Assembly (NCBI GenBank): GCA_050246755.1 | Contig: JBFWVL010000001.1 | Span: 1,376,001 to 1,440,000 of the forward strand | DNA length: 64,000 nucleotides | Direction of reading: 5' to 3' | Source: Bacteriovoracia bacterium | GTDB taxonomy: Bacteria > Bdellovibrionota > UBA1018 > CAIPTA01 | Part shown: piece by piece, positions 1-12,308 of the stretch | How the letters are laid out: each line of letters opens with the position of its first letter | Position numbering within the stretch: the first letter of the stretch is position 1 | Notes under the pieces: generated by a model | Database searches by the model: none | What the model saw: only the letters and a program-made list of their open reading frames with translations | What the model was told of the DNA's origin: nothing | Made by a program: the position numbers and the translations under genes

Positions 1-675
1 GGGCGGAAGAGCCACGGAGGCAGCCACGGCGTCGGAAATCGCCACCTTTGTCTCGTAAACGCAACGAGGATCGTCCGGCGGAGATTCGAGGGGGTGCTTG
101 GAAAAAATCACCCGCTTTGAATGATTGAGCTGGGTTGCCACCACGCAGAGATCGGCCGAGTAATCCTGAAAGCGATTCGAGGGTAAAACATCTTCGCGGA
201 AGTAGGATTCAATACCCGCAGTAGTAAAGAGGCCGGAAAGCGACAGGAGTTTCTGGCGCCGATACAGTAAATCGATGGCGCTATTAGTATAAGAACGCAG
301 CTTTTTCGTGAGACTCGCTTTCGAGATCTCCTCGTGCTGCGAGGCCTTAACGCTCATTAGCGTTCCATAGGTAAGCGGCTTAAGCGGACTTTCTTTCGAC
401 TTGCCTAAATAGGCATCAAAGATCTGATCCACCGTGTAGCCGGCGGCAAGGTAGGTTGCGATCACACTGCCGGCACTAGAGCCGACATAAGCGTCAATGT
501 CTTTGGCGCCGCGCGTCGGCGGTTGTCCGCGCCCCTTTAGGCCGCCTTGAAATCGAAACCCTTTTTCTTGTAGAGCGAGGCCCACTCCCATGTGAAATGC
601 CGCAGCTTTCGTGGCCCCTCCAGAGCATACGAAGGCGATTTTTTTGCGCCGTGAGACCGGAGTCTTGGTATCCAT
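1..675 (-). CDS. Patatin-like phospholipase, N-terminal part (runs off the window start)
   Basis: Manual translation from ATG at 675: MDTKTPVSRRKKIAFVCSGGATKAAAFHMGV...AYVGSSAGSVIA; Gly-rich SGG loop and GxSxG nucleophile elbow. Not in the ORF track because it is truncated. Confidence 0.85.
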   Translation of the reverse strand, partial: MDTKTPVSRRKKIAFVCSGGATKAAAFHMGVGLALQEKGFRFQGGLKGRGQPPTRGAKDIDAYVGSSAGSVIATYLAAGYTVDQIFDAYLGKSKESPLKPLTYGTLMSVKASQHEEISKASLTKKLRSYTNSAIDLLYRRQKLLSLSGLFTTAGIESYFREDVLPSNRFQDYSADLCVVATQLNHSKRVIFSKHPLESPPDDPRCVYETKVAISDAVAASVALPP

Positions 676-809
676 CGAATGAGTATCATTGAGTGACAAT
701 ATTCCTGTCAATCCAATTGGGTTTTTTCAAGAAGCAAAAGCTTGAATTTCCAGGGAAAGTCATGAATACTCAGAGGTGAACAAAGAATTCAAGGACGAAA
801 GGAGAAGCA

Positions 810-1236
810 ATGGAAACGCAAAACCATCAATGGCTTCCACTTACTGAGTATGCACTTCGCAGCGGCATGAGTATTTCAACTCTTCGCCGGAAGATCAAAT
901 CTAACTCCATTCATTACAAAATGGAGGATGGACGCTACCTTATCCAGTCCGACAAGTTTTCTGACCATCCAAGTGGAGGGGCTAGTAGCGCACGATCCTT
1001 TTCTTCTTCGGACGAAAGACCCATGGCTACTCCGATTGAGTTGGTGCGTGAACGCACGGCGTCCTTGGTTCGCGAGAGCAGTGAAGAAGCCAGCAAGCTA
1101 GCCGAGGAGCTGCGTCAATATAAGAGCGAAGATTCCCTGCGTTGGCGCGCGCTCGAGGCGAGAGTTTCCGGTCTCGCCAAGAAATTAGAACTATTCACTG
1201 AGCAGATGTCCGAAGTGAAAATGCTCGTAAAGATTT

Positions 1237-1265
<29 letters not shown>
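810..1265 (+). CDS. Putative DNA-binding protein (N-terminal HTH-like, C-terminal coiled coil)
   Basis: WLPLTEYALRSGMSISTLRRKIK resembles an excisionase/MerR-type HTH; heptad-like C-terminus; AAGGAG RBS upstream. Confidence 0.6.
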
Positions 1266-4889
<3,624 letters not shown>

Positions 4890-5000
4890 CTAATAAATAA
4901 TTGTTTGGCACAGCGTAATACTTAAGTTTATCCTTAACTCTGACGAAAATTTTTCATGCTCAGGAATTTGAGCACTCGATCCCCCGCCGGGAGGCAATGA

Positions 5001-6119
5001 ATGTCAGGGAAAAATATTTCGCGAATTCACCGTCTGCAAGCGCTTGCGCTTGCTTGCTTGCTTGGGACTTTATCTTCCTGCTCCAGCAACGAAGTGAATA
5101 GCGATGCACCTTCACTTCCAGTTTCGGAAGCTTCGCTGCTGAGTGATTCGGAAAAAGCCGATTCGCAATCGCAAACTGATTCCACCATTTTTGCTGATCT
5201 CGAACCAGGAAAAGATAAGCAAAACTCTAGCGACGAAAATTCCGCGGCGGCCGATCCTTCGGCGGGCCCATTTTACAATGCTATCGGAGGCGAGAGCCTG
5301 GGCCGTGTGGCCTATACGCTCTACGGTGATCGCTCTTTTCGTAAACAGCTTCTCGAAAAAAATTCCGGTCTCCCCAAGAAACTATTTTCGGGCCAGCTCG
5401 TCTATTTTGATTTCGCTGACGTGAAGCCTCAGCCCACTTTTCTCACCAAAGATTTGCTGGACCGTTATCCGAATGAATTGTCGGAGAAGCTGAAGACGGT
5501 TAGCGCAAACGGAACATTGACCCAAGGATCCGTAACTTTGCAGCCCGGGGAAACGCTCCAGAAACTTTCCGAGCGCTTGTACGGCACTACCCGCTACTGG
5601 ACGGAGCTCTATCTTCTGAATCACGATAAGATCAAGCACTACGATAAAGTGCCTGCTGGCCTAACCCTCGCCACGTATGACCATGGTAGTTCTCCGGTGG
5701 TTAATGCGGCTCCGGCCCCTGCTCCAGAAGCGCAAGGAGCAGAAAGTGTCCCTGCAAAAGAAGCGATGAGTAGCCAAATGGCCCCCGTGGCTCAACCCAC
5801 GATGGACCCCATTCCCGAGACGCCTGAGGCGGAGGTAGCGGCTCCGGCCCCTGCTCCGATCACGCAAAGCGCGGCGGTGAATAGCTTAACGGCACCAGCA
5901 TCTACTTCGATTTTAGACGTTATTGGAGATGGTAGTAATGCGAATGTCCGTCGCATCATCTACGTACTGCTAATCGTAGGAATTGGGGGCCTGGCCTTCT
6001 ATTTTACGCGTCCGAGCCGTAAGCAAAAGATCGATATGCTGGATGTGACGGCTGGAAGCACGGCCCCATCTCCTCGTTCGAAGCTGGGTAAAGAGAACAA
6101 TCGCAAAAGCATTGGGTAG
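5001..6119 (+). CDS. LysM-domain lipoprotein with Pro/Ala linker and C-terminal transmembrane helix
   Basis: Lipobox LSSC; two LysM-like repeats (GESLGRVAYTLYGD, GETLQKLSERLYGT); APAPAP linker; IIYVLLIVGIGGLAFYF followed by basic residues. Confidence 0.7.
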   Translation: MSGKNISRIHRLQALALACLLGTLSSCSSNEVNSDAPSLPVSEASLLSDSEKADSQSQTDSTIFADLEPGKDKQNSSDENSAAADPSAGPFYNAIGGESLGRVAYTLYGDRSFRKQLLEKNSGLPKKLFSGQLVYFDFADVKPQPTFLTKDLLDRYPNELSEKLKTVSANGTLTQGSVTLQPGETLQKLSERLYGTTRYWTELYLLNHDKIKHYDKVPAGLTLATYDHGSSPVVNAAPAPAPEAQGAESVPAKEAMSSQMAPVAQPTMDPIPETPEAEVAAPAPAPITQSAAVNSLTAPASTSILDVIGDGSNANVRRIIYVLLIVGIGGLAFYFTRPSRKQKIDMLDVTAGSTAPSPRSKLGKENNRKSIG

Positions 6120-6155
6120 TCATCTCCACGCGCCTGACTAGTCAGGGCCTCGTAT

Positions 6156-6464
6156 TTACTTTCGCTTTTTTGGCAAAACCACCGTGCCGGCCTCGATGGC
6201 CCGCAAAGTCTTATCCCACTTGCCCGAAAGTAGCTGAAATTTGGCCGTTAGCGCATTGGCCTGAAATCGATCCCCTGAATTGCTCGCCGATGGGACCTGG
6301 GCCTTAATTTTTGCCATTAATTGCTCGAGAGAGCGGCGCTCATTTATTGGGGGTTCCTCTTCCCCGCCTCCAAAGTAAACATTATAAAGTCTTTGAAGAT
6401 GATCGAGATCCCGCGAGGCTTTTTCTATATCTTTCTTGAACGGACTTTCTAAACCCATCCCCAT
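6156..6464 (-). CDS. Small helical protein resembling the MXAN_5187 C-terminal domain
   Basis: LYNVYFGG...PP...DRFQAN...KWDKTLRAIEAGT pattern recalled from that family; not verified by search. Confidence 0.55.
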   Translation of the reverse strand: MGMGLESPFKKDIEKASRDLDHLQRLYNVYFGGGEEEPPINERRSLEQLMAKIKAQVPSASNSGDRFQANALTAKFQLLSGKWDKTLRAIEAGTVVLPKKRK

Positions 6465-6491
6465 ATCTTAGGGAATGTAGGAGAAACGGCA

Positions 6492-7907
6492 ATGGCGAAA
6501 GCACATTATGTTTGCCAAGAGTGTGGACATCACTCAGCTCAGTGGCTGGGGAAATGCCCCGCTTGCGGAAACTGGAATACCTTGGTGGAAGAGGCCGACG
6601 ATTCATCCGGCGGCGAAGAAAAGCGCCGCGGCGGAGTATCGGAAGACAGGCTGAAAAAAATCTCGGAGAGTAAGCGCACTCGTCCCGGATTAAAATCCAC
6701 GAAGCCCCAGAAGATAAAAGACTTGGATTCGCAGGTAGAAACCAGATGGAATACCGGCATCGGCGAGCTCGATCGCGTGCTCGGAGGCGGAATGGTGGAA
6801 GGTTCCTTCCTGCTCCTCGGCGGTGACCCCGGGATCGGAAAATCTACCTTGCTACTGCAAGCACTCGAGAAAATGGCGCAGACAAAAAAAGTTCTTTACG
6901 TGACCGGGGAAGAATCGGTGGAGCAAGTAAAGCTTCGCGCCGAACGGCTGCTCGTAAAAGGAGAAGACCTCTACCTCGCCTCCGAAACCAACTTCGAGAA
7001 AATTCTCGGCATGGTAGAGGAGACCGGCCCGGACATTCTGGCGATCGATTCCATCCAAACCATGTTCACCTCAGAGATCACTTCCGCTCCGGGCAGCGTG
7101 GCGCAGGTAAGAGAGGTGGGTGCTCGCCTCATGCACGTAGCGAAAAAAGCCGGCGTGGTGGTGATCATGATCGGGCACGTGACCAAAGACGGAACCATTG
7201 CGGGGCCGCGAGTGCTCGAGCATATGGTGGACACGGTTCTCCAGTTCGAAAGTGTGGGCGGGCAATCGTTTCGGATTTTGCGCGCGATCAAAAACCGTTT
7301 CGGCTCCACGAACGAAATCGGCGTGTTCGATATGGGCGAAGAGGGCATGAAGGAAGTGGGCAATCCCTCGGAGCTTTTTCTCGCCGAAAGGCCAAAGGGC
7401 GCACCGGGTTCCGTGGTGGTGAGCAGCATGGAGGGGTCGCGACCCTTGTTGGTGGAGCTTCAGGCGCTAGTGAGCCGATCGGTGCTGGGAAATCCGAGAC
7501 GGACGGTACTCGGCGTGGACCTCGCGCGCGCCTCCATTTTGCTAGCAGTTCTCGAAAAGAGAATTGGTCTGGAGCTCTACGATAAAGACGTCTACCTAAA
7601 CGTGGTGGGAGGATTCGAGCTTTCGGAGCCTAGTGCAGACTTGGGCATGGTGGCGGCCATTGCGAGCAGTTTTCACAATATTGCGATTCCCGCCGACACG
7701 ATGTTCATCGGCGAGATCGGCCTCACCGGCGAAGTGCGGTCGGTCACGCGTGTGGAAGACCGCCTGCGTGAGGCGGCGGTGATGGGATTCAAGCGCTGTT
7801 ATTTACCGGAACGCAACGCAAAGATGCTTAAAGATAAAGCACGCGGGATCGAATTGATCCCGGTGAAGCAAGTGAGAGATCTTACGGATCAGCTATTTAA
7901 GGCTTAG
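6492..7907 (+). CDS. radA: DNA repair protein RadA/Sms
   Basis: CQEC..CPAC zinc finger, Walker A GDPGIGKST, KNRFG motif, Lon-like C-terminus. Confidence 0.98.
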   Translation: MAKAHYVCQECGHHSAQWLGKCPACGNWNTLVEEADDSSGGEEKRRGGVSEDRLKKISESKRTRPGLKSTKPQKIKDLDSQVETRWNTGIGELDRVLGGGMVEGSFLLLGGDPGIGKSTLLLQALEKMAQTKKVLYVTGEESVEQVKLRAERLLVKGEDLYLASETNFEKILGMVEETGPDILAIDSIQTMFTSEITSAPGSVAQVREVGARLMHVAKKAGVVVIMIGHVTKDGTIAGPRVLEHMVDTVLQFESVGGQSFRILRAIKNRFGSTNEIGVFDMGEEGMKEVGNPSELFLAERPKGAPGSVVVSSMEGSRPLLVELQALVSRSVLGNPRRTVLGVDLARASILLAVLEKRIGLELYDKDVYLNVVGGFELSEPSADLGMVAAIASSFHNIAIPADTMFIGEIGLTGEVRSVTRVEDRLREAAVMGFKRCYLPERNAKMLKDKARGIELIPVKQVRDLTDQLFKA

Positions 7908-8294
7908 TTAATCGCAAAACAGAGGATGGTAGTAGTCGCCGGCCTGGCGGCAATCTCCGCCGGCAAAGTAGAAATTAGCGCCGGTCGGGGCCGCGTATTC
8001 CCCGCTGATAAAGTCCAGGCGCATCGTACAAGTAAGCGAAATATTCTTATTGTGCAGAGAAATTTCGTCCGCCTCTTCATCGGCCCAGTAATAGACTTTC
8101 TGGGTATCGAATAGTTCACGGTCCTTCACGACTTGCACTACGTTGGGATCGTTCGTGTCGGGCGTTTTCGGGTAATAGAAAAATTTAAATTGCGAGACGT
8201 CTACCACCATCGTGGGGTTTGCATTGTTATAGGTGGGGCAAAATTCGGCTTGGGCGGAGCCGCCAAGCAGCAGCAGCAGAAAAAAATATTTCAT
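7908..8294 (-). CDS. Secreted 4-Cys hypothetical protein, tandem paralog 1
   Basis: Start re-called at ATG 8294 (MKYFFLLLLLGGSAQA signal peptide); CPTYN...VVDV..FKFFYYP shared with both neighbours. Confidence 0.75.
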   Translation of the reverse strand: MKYFFLLLLLGGSAQAEFCPTYNNANPTMVVDVSQFKFFYYPKTPDTNDPNVVQVVKDRELFDTQKVYYWADEEADEISLHNKNISLTCTMRLDFISGEYAAPTGANFYFAGGDCRQAGDYYHPLFCD

Positions 8295-8307
8295 GGGTAG
8301 TGCGCCT

Positions 8308-8718
8308 CTATTTAAGTGGGACGGAATCACATTCCAGCCGCGGGCCGTATGGATCATCGCCGCGGCATGCGCCATGGCTGAAAGTAAACTTCGTACCGTC
8401 GCTAAGGGTATAGGAAACACCGTCGAAACGACCCAAGTGGTACGAGCAGTCGAGCGATAAATTTTTATTATATAGGATAAAGGCATCGGCAATAGGGTCG
8501 CGGTAAGGGTCAACGTATTGCAAGTCGAACAGCGCGCCCTTTTTCTCCACGAGCACCACATCCGAAAGAGGTTTTTTCTCGTGTTGGGGGAAAAAGAAAA
8601 ATTTAAAATCGGTAACATCCACGACCGCGGCCGGAAGAACATCGTTATAGGTAGGGCAAGGCTCGGCCTTTGCGGAAACCGAAAAAATAACCAAAAAAAA
8701 TAAAAGAAGAATATCCAA
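8308..8718 (-). CDS. Secreted 4-Cys hypothetical protein, tandem paralog 2
   Basis: Signal peptide ending SAKA; CPTYN...VVDV..FKFFFFP motif. Confidence 0.75.
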   Translation of the reverse strand: MDILLLFFLVIFSVSAKAEPCPTYNDVLPAAVVDVTDFKFFFFPQHEKKPLSDVVLVEKKGALFDLQYVDPYRDPIADAFILYNKNLSLDCSYHLGRFDGVSYTLSDGTKFTFSHGACRGDDPYGPRLECDSVPLK

Positions 8719-8734
8719 GCCTTAACCGCCGATC

Positions 8735-9136
8735 TTATTGGTTACAAACCAAGGGAAATTTTTTATGGCCTACTTCCCGGCATTGGCCAGAATCGTAGTG
8801 AGTGTTTTTTCCATCAGAACCAGTGAAAGAAGCGCCTTCGAACTCCATCCCTTGCGAGTCGCAAGAAAAGCTCATGTGCTTTCCTCGGAGCTGAATGCTC
8901 GAGAACCAATCGCTCGTTCCCTTCACGCGATCAAAGCCCACGATCTCGTTGTTTTTCTCGATTAGTACGTAACCTTCCTGCTCTTCGCTGCTGAGAGACG
9001 CTTCCGGATAATAGAAAAATTTATACTCGGAAACGTCCACCACCATCGCCGGATTCAGGTCATTGAAGGTGGGGCAGGTTTCGGCGTGGGCGGAAGAAGA
9101 AAGTAAGGCGAAAAGAATGGCGGTGAAAGAAAACAT
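8735..9136 (-). CDS. Secreted 4-Cys hypothetical protein, tandem paralog 3
   Basis: Start re-called at ATG 9136 with GGAGGT RBS; signal ending SAHA; CPTFN...VVDV..YKFFYYP motif. Confidence 0.78.
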   Translation of the reverse strand: MFSFTAILFALLSSSAHAETCPTFNDLNPAMVVDVSEYKFFYYPEASLSSEEQEGYVLIEKNNEIVGFDRVKGTSDWFSSIQLRGKHMSFSCDSQGMEFEGASFTGSDGKNTHYDSGQCREVGHKKFPLVCNQ

Positions 9137-9200
9137 AAGAACCTCCGGAAATTTCTCAAAGGCTAGCATCAAGATCGAATCGGCTCGCCGTATAAAAAAA

Positions 9201-10694
9201 TTATTTCGCGAGCACTTTGCGGATTGCGCCGTCCCATTTTTTCGTGAGCTTTTCGCGGTCTTTCTTGGCCATATCCGGCTGGAAGGTGCGGTCGATTTTC
9301 CAGGAGCGCTTGAGTTCTTCTGCATTCTTCCACATCCCGATGGCCAATCCAGCGGCCAGGCCGGAACCGAGGGCCGTGGTATCAAGTACTTGCGGGCGAT
9401 CAATAGGAATATTGGCGAGATCGGATTGGAGCTGGATCAAGAGATTGTTCGCTGATGCGCCGCCGTCTACTTTGATGCGTGCCAATTTTTTCGGTTTGAT
9501 ATCTTGGGCGATCGCAGAAAAGAGAGAGTTATTTTGTAGGGCGATGCCCTCCAGCGTAGCGCGCGCGATCTGAGCTTTGTTGGTGCCGCGCGTGAGGCCG
9601 GTGAGCATGCCGGTAGCCTCGGCATTCCAGTAGGGTGCTCCGAGACCGGTGAGGGCGGGCACAAATACTAAATTTCCCATGTCTTCCGATTTGGCCTGGG
9701 CCGCAAGCGCTTCCACTTCGCCGGAGGATCTAATGATCCCGAGATTATCGCGCAGGAACTGCACGGCCGCGCCAGCCACGAAAGCGGAGCCTTCGAGCGC
9801 ATAGGTGATTTTTCCGCCTACTTGCCAAGCTACGGTCGTGAGCAATCCGTTTTTGGAATAAACGATTTTATTTCCGGTATTACACATCAAGAAAGCGCCG
9901 GTGCCGTAGGTGCACTTGGAATCACCCACTCCTAGGCAAAGCTGGCCGAAAAGGGCGGCTTGCTGGTCACCCAGGATTCCTGCGATCGGAATTCCGTCTG
10001 GAAGAAAGCCGAGGTTCTTGGTGGTACCGAATATGCCCGCCGAGGGCATAATTTTTGGCAGAGATTTTTCCGGCACGCCAAAAACGCCGAGCATTTTCTC
10101 ATCCCAGGCCAGTTTTTGCAGGCTCATCAGCATAGTGCGGCTGGCGTTCGAAACGTCGGTGGCATGAACCGTGTTTCCCGTAAGCCGGTGAAGCAAAAAT
10201 GTGTCTACGGTGCCAAAAATGGCTTTCCCGCGCTTCGCGTCGGCGGCCAGACCCCTCACATTTTTCAGCAGCCACTCGATTTTCGTTCCGCTGAAATAGG
10301 GATCGATCACGAGACCGGTCCGCTGCTTTACGTACTTGATCAGGCCCTTTTTTTTTCGCAGCTCCTCACAGCGCTTAGCGGTGCGCCGGCATTGCCACAC
10401 GATAGCGTGATGATACGGCTTGCCATTTTCCCTCTGCCAGGCACCCACGGTTTCTCTCTGATTCGTGATGCTAATGGCCGCGATGTCGGAGGGAGAGCGA
10501 TTCTTTAAAAGATCGGTAATTGTGTTCTGAGTACCCATCCAGATCTTTTCCAGATCGTGTTCTACCCATCCGTATTGAGGATAGTTGGGAAGAATTTCGG
10601 TGGAGGCTCGGCCCACCACGTTGAGGGAAGCATCGATCAGGAGCGCGGTGGTAGCGGTGGTTCCTTGATCGATTGCTAAAATAAGTTTTGCCAT
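9201..10694 (-). CDS. glpK: Glycerol kinase
   Basis: IDQGTT, ITNQRET, VWQCRRT, DPYFSGTK, GDQQAAL, YGTG; start MAKL at 10694 with GGAG RBS. Confidence 0.97.
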   Translation of the reverse strand: MAKLILAIDQGTTATTALLIDASLNVVGRASTEILPNYPQYGWVEHDLEKIWMGTQNTITDLLKNRSPSDIAAISITNQRETVGAWQRENGKPYHHAIVWQCRRTAKRCEELRKKKGLIKYVKQRTGLVIDPYFSGTKIEWLLKNVRGLAADAKRGKAIFGTVDTFLLHRLTGNTVHATDVSNASRTMLMSLQKLAWDEKMLGVFGVPEKSLPKIMPSAGIFGTTKNLGFLPDGIPIAGILGDQQAALFGQLCLGVGDSKCTYGTGAFLMCNTGNKIVYSKNGLLTTVAWQVGGKITYALEGSAFVAGAAVQFLRDNLGIIRSSGEVEALAAQAKSEDMGNLVFVPALTGLGAPYWNAEATGMLTGLTRGTNKAQIARATLEGIALQNNSLFSAIAQDIKPKKLARIKVDGGASANNLLIQLQSDLANIPIDRPQVLDTTALGSGLAAGLAIGMWKNAEELKRSWKIDRTFQPDMAKKDREKLTKKWDGAIRKVLAK

Positions 10695-10728
10695 ATCATG
10701 CACTCCCGGGAGGACTTATACTTGAGGT

Positions 10729-11478
10729 ATGAAAACATTTTTCGGAGGAAAAGGCAGCGGGAAAGACGTACCTGCGTTCCTTTTGGAAATTATCCGAAAA
10801 TACTTCCGCCTGGAGGTGGAGGGAATCGAGAACGTGCCGAAAAAAGGCAAGTGCCTGATCGTGCCGAACCATTCCGGAGTGACGGCGATCGATGCGGTAA
10901 TGGTGGGGAATGAGATTCAGCGCCATCTCAAACGGATCCCGAGAATTTTGGCGCATCCGCTCTGGTTCGTGGGGCCTAATATCAGAGTGCTCGCCCGCCG
11001 GATGGGCCTGGAGGAGGCCGATAAAGACGCGGGAGAGAGGTTGTTGCGCTTGAACCGCTGCGTGATGATTTTTCCCGAAGGAGCGGCAGGAAACTTCAAG
11101 CCCACCGCGCAACGCTACCAATTGCAAGAGTTTCGCCGCGGGTTCGTGCGCATGGCGATGGCCACGAAGGCTCCTATTGTGCCCGTGGTGGTGATTGGCG
11201 CAGAAGAAACCCATATCAATCTCTCGAATATCAGCCTCACGAAAGTATTGAAGGGAACCATCATTCCGATTCCGTTGAACGTGCTGCCGCTTCCCGCGAA
11301 ATGGAAAATTATCTTTTTGCCACCGATCAGTATGAAAAAATATTCGAAGAAGGACGCCGCAAACAGCGAGCTCGTTCACGCGATTGCCGAATCGGTGCGA
11401 AAACTAATTCAGGACAGGATTAATGAGGAGCTCGCCAAGAGGGAGTGGATCTATTTTCCCAGCGGGAAGAAGAAATGA
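10729..11478 (+). CDS. Lysophospholipid acyltransferase (PlsC-like family)
   Basis: NHSGVTAID and IFPEG motifs, PIVPV. Confidence 0.85.
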   Translation: MKTFFGGKGSGKDVPAFLLEIIRKYFRLEVEGIENVPKKGKCLIVPNHSGVTAIDAVMVGNEIQRHLKRIPRILAHPLWFVGPNIRVLARRMGLEEADKDAGERLLRLNRCVMIFPEGAAGNFKPTAQRYQLQEFRRGFVRMAMATKAPIVPVVVIGAEETHINLSNISLTKVLKGTIIPIPLNVLPLPAKWKIIFLPPISMKKYSKKDAANSELVHAIAESVRKLIQDRINEELAKREWIYFPSGKKK

Positions 11479-11486
11479 AAAAAAAT

Positions 11487-11702
11487 TTATTGGAGATCAA
11501 ACTCGGCGCCGGCATCACAGGCGGGGCAGGGGGCCGCGATTTTTCTTGCGAACATAGCCCAGAGTTTTACGGTAAGGGATTTCAGGCCTTGCTTCATCGC
11601 GCCGACAATGGAAACGATCACGATCAGCAAAAGCATGAACTCTATGATCGCTTGTCCGGACTCATCTATGAGAAAGGCGCGGAAGTTTTTCACCTTTTTC
11701 AT
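11487..11702 (-). CDS. Small Flp/TadE-like prepilin
   Basis: DESG|QAIIEF prepilin cleavage site with Glu at +5, hydrophobic helix, C-terminal CPAC. Confidence 0.7.
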   Translation of the reverse strand: MKKVKNFRAFLIDESGQAIIEFMLLLIVIVSIVGAMKQGLKSLTVKLWAMFARKIAAPCPACDAGAEFDLQ

Positions 11703-11759
11703 TTTAACGCCCTCGGAACCCGCTTGACAACCCGCCCCCGTGTCGAAATCATTGAATAG

Positions 11760-12308
11760 GTGCCCGTGAATTTAAAACAGAACAAATTTCGTTGGATCCT
11801 TGCCGCCGTGGCCCTACTAGTAGTGGTCGCCGCGCTCGCGTTCCGGCCGTCGAAGCCGGAAAGCCCGGTATCCTATATTCAGGAAGGCGATACCCTTCCT
11901 GAAACGCTGAAGTTACGCACCTTAGATGGCCAAGACGTCACGCTCGCCGACTTTAAGGGAAAGGTGATCCTGATTAACTTCTGGGCTGGCTGGTGCGGGC
12001 CGTGCTTGCACGAGATGCCCTCGATCGCTGCGCTCTATAAAAAACTGGAAAAGCGCGGCTTAGTGGTGCTGGCGCCCTCCATGGACGAACAGCCGGAGCA
12101 AGGCGTGGCGGTGCTAAAACGCGTTCTGCCGGAAATTCCTTTTCCCGTATTCGCCGGCCTTCGTTCCGAGATTTCGGATCGATTCGAGCTTGATGCGCTT
12201 CCTCACACCATCATCGTGAATCGCGCGCTGAAAGTGGAATTTAGCCGGGCGGGCGAAGTGGACTGGGGCGGGCCGCGGGCCGTGGAACTAATTGAGGGCC
12301 TGCTGTGA
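11760..12308 (+). CDS. TlpA/ResA-family thiol-disulfide oxidoreductase
   Basis: N-terminal membrane anchor, INFWAGWCGPCLHEMP, cis-Pro ALPHT. Confidence 0.92.
   Translation: MPVNLKQNKFRWILAAVALLVVVAALAFRPSKPESPVSYIQEGDTLPETLKLRTLDGQDVTLADFKGKVILINFWAGWCGPCLHEMPSIAALYKKLEKRGLVVLAPSMDEQPEQGVAVLKRVLPEIPFPVFAGLRSEISDRFELDALPHTIIVNRALKVEFSRAGEVDWGGPRAVELIEGLL

Noticed and set aside
4906-4921. TGGCAC as a sigma54 promoter before the LysM gene
   Set aside because: The -12 TTGC element is missing (reads AATAC).
6133-6146. Perfect 14-bp palindrome CCTGACTAGTCAGG
   Set aside because: Single copy between convergent genes; at most a weak terminator, with no evidence of a repeat family.
7908-9403. ORF-track proteins of 244 aa (7908-8642) and 222 aa (8735-9403)
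   Set aside because: Their N-terminal extensions overlap neighbouring real genes; signal peptides and paralogy place the starts at 8294 and 9136.
10345-10358. T9 run in glpK (and an A8 run in ligA) as slippage sites
   Set aside because: Both genes are intact and in frame, with no evident alternative-frame domain, unlike the A10 at 39098-39107.
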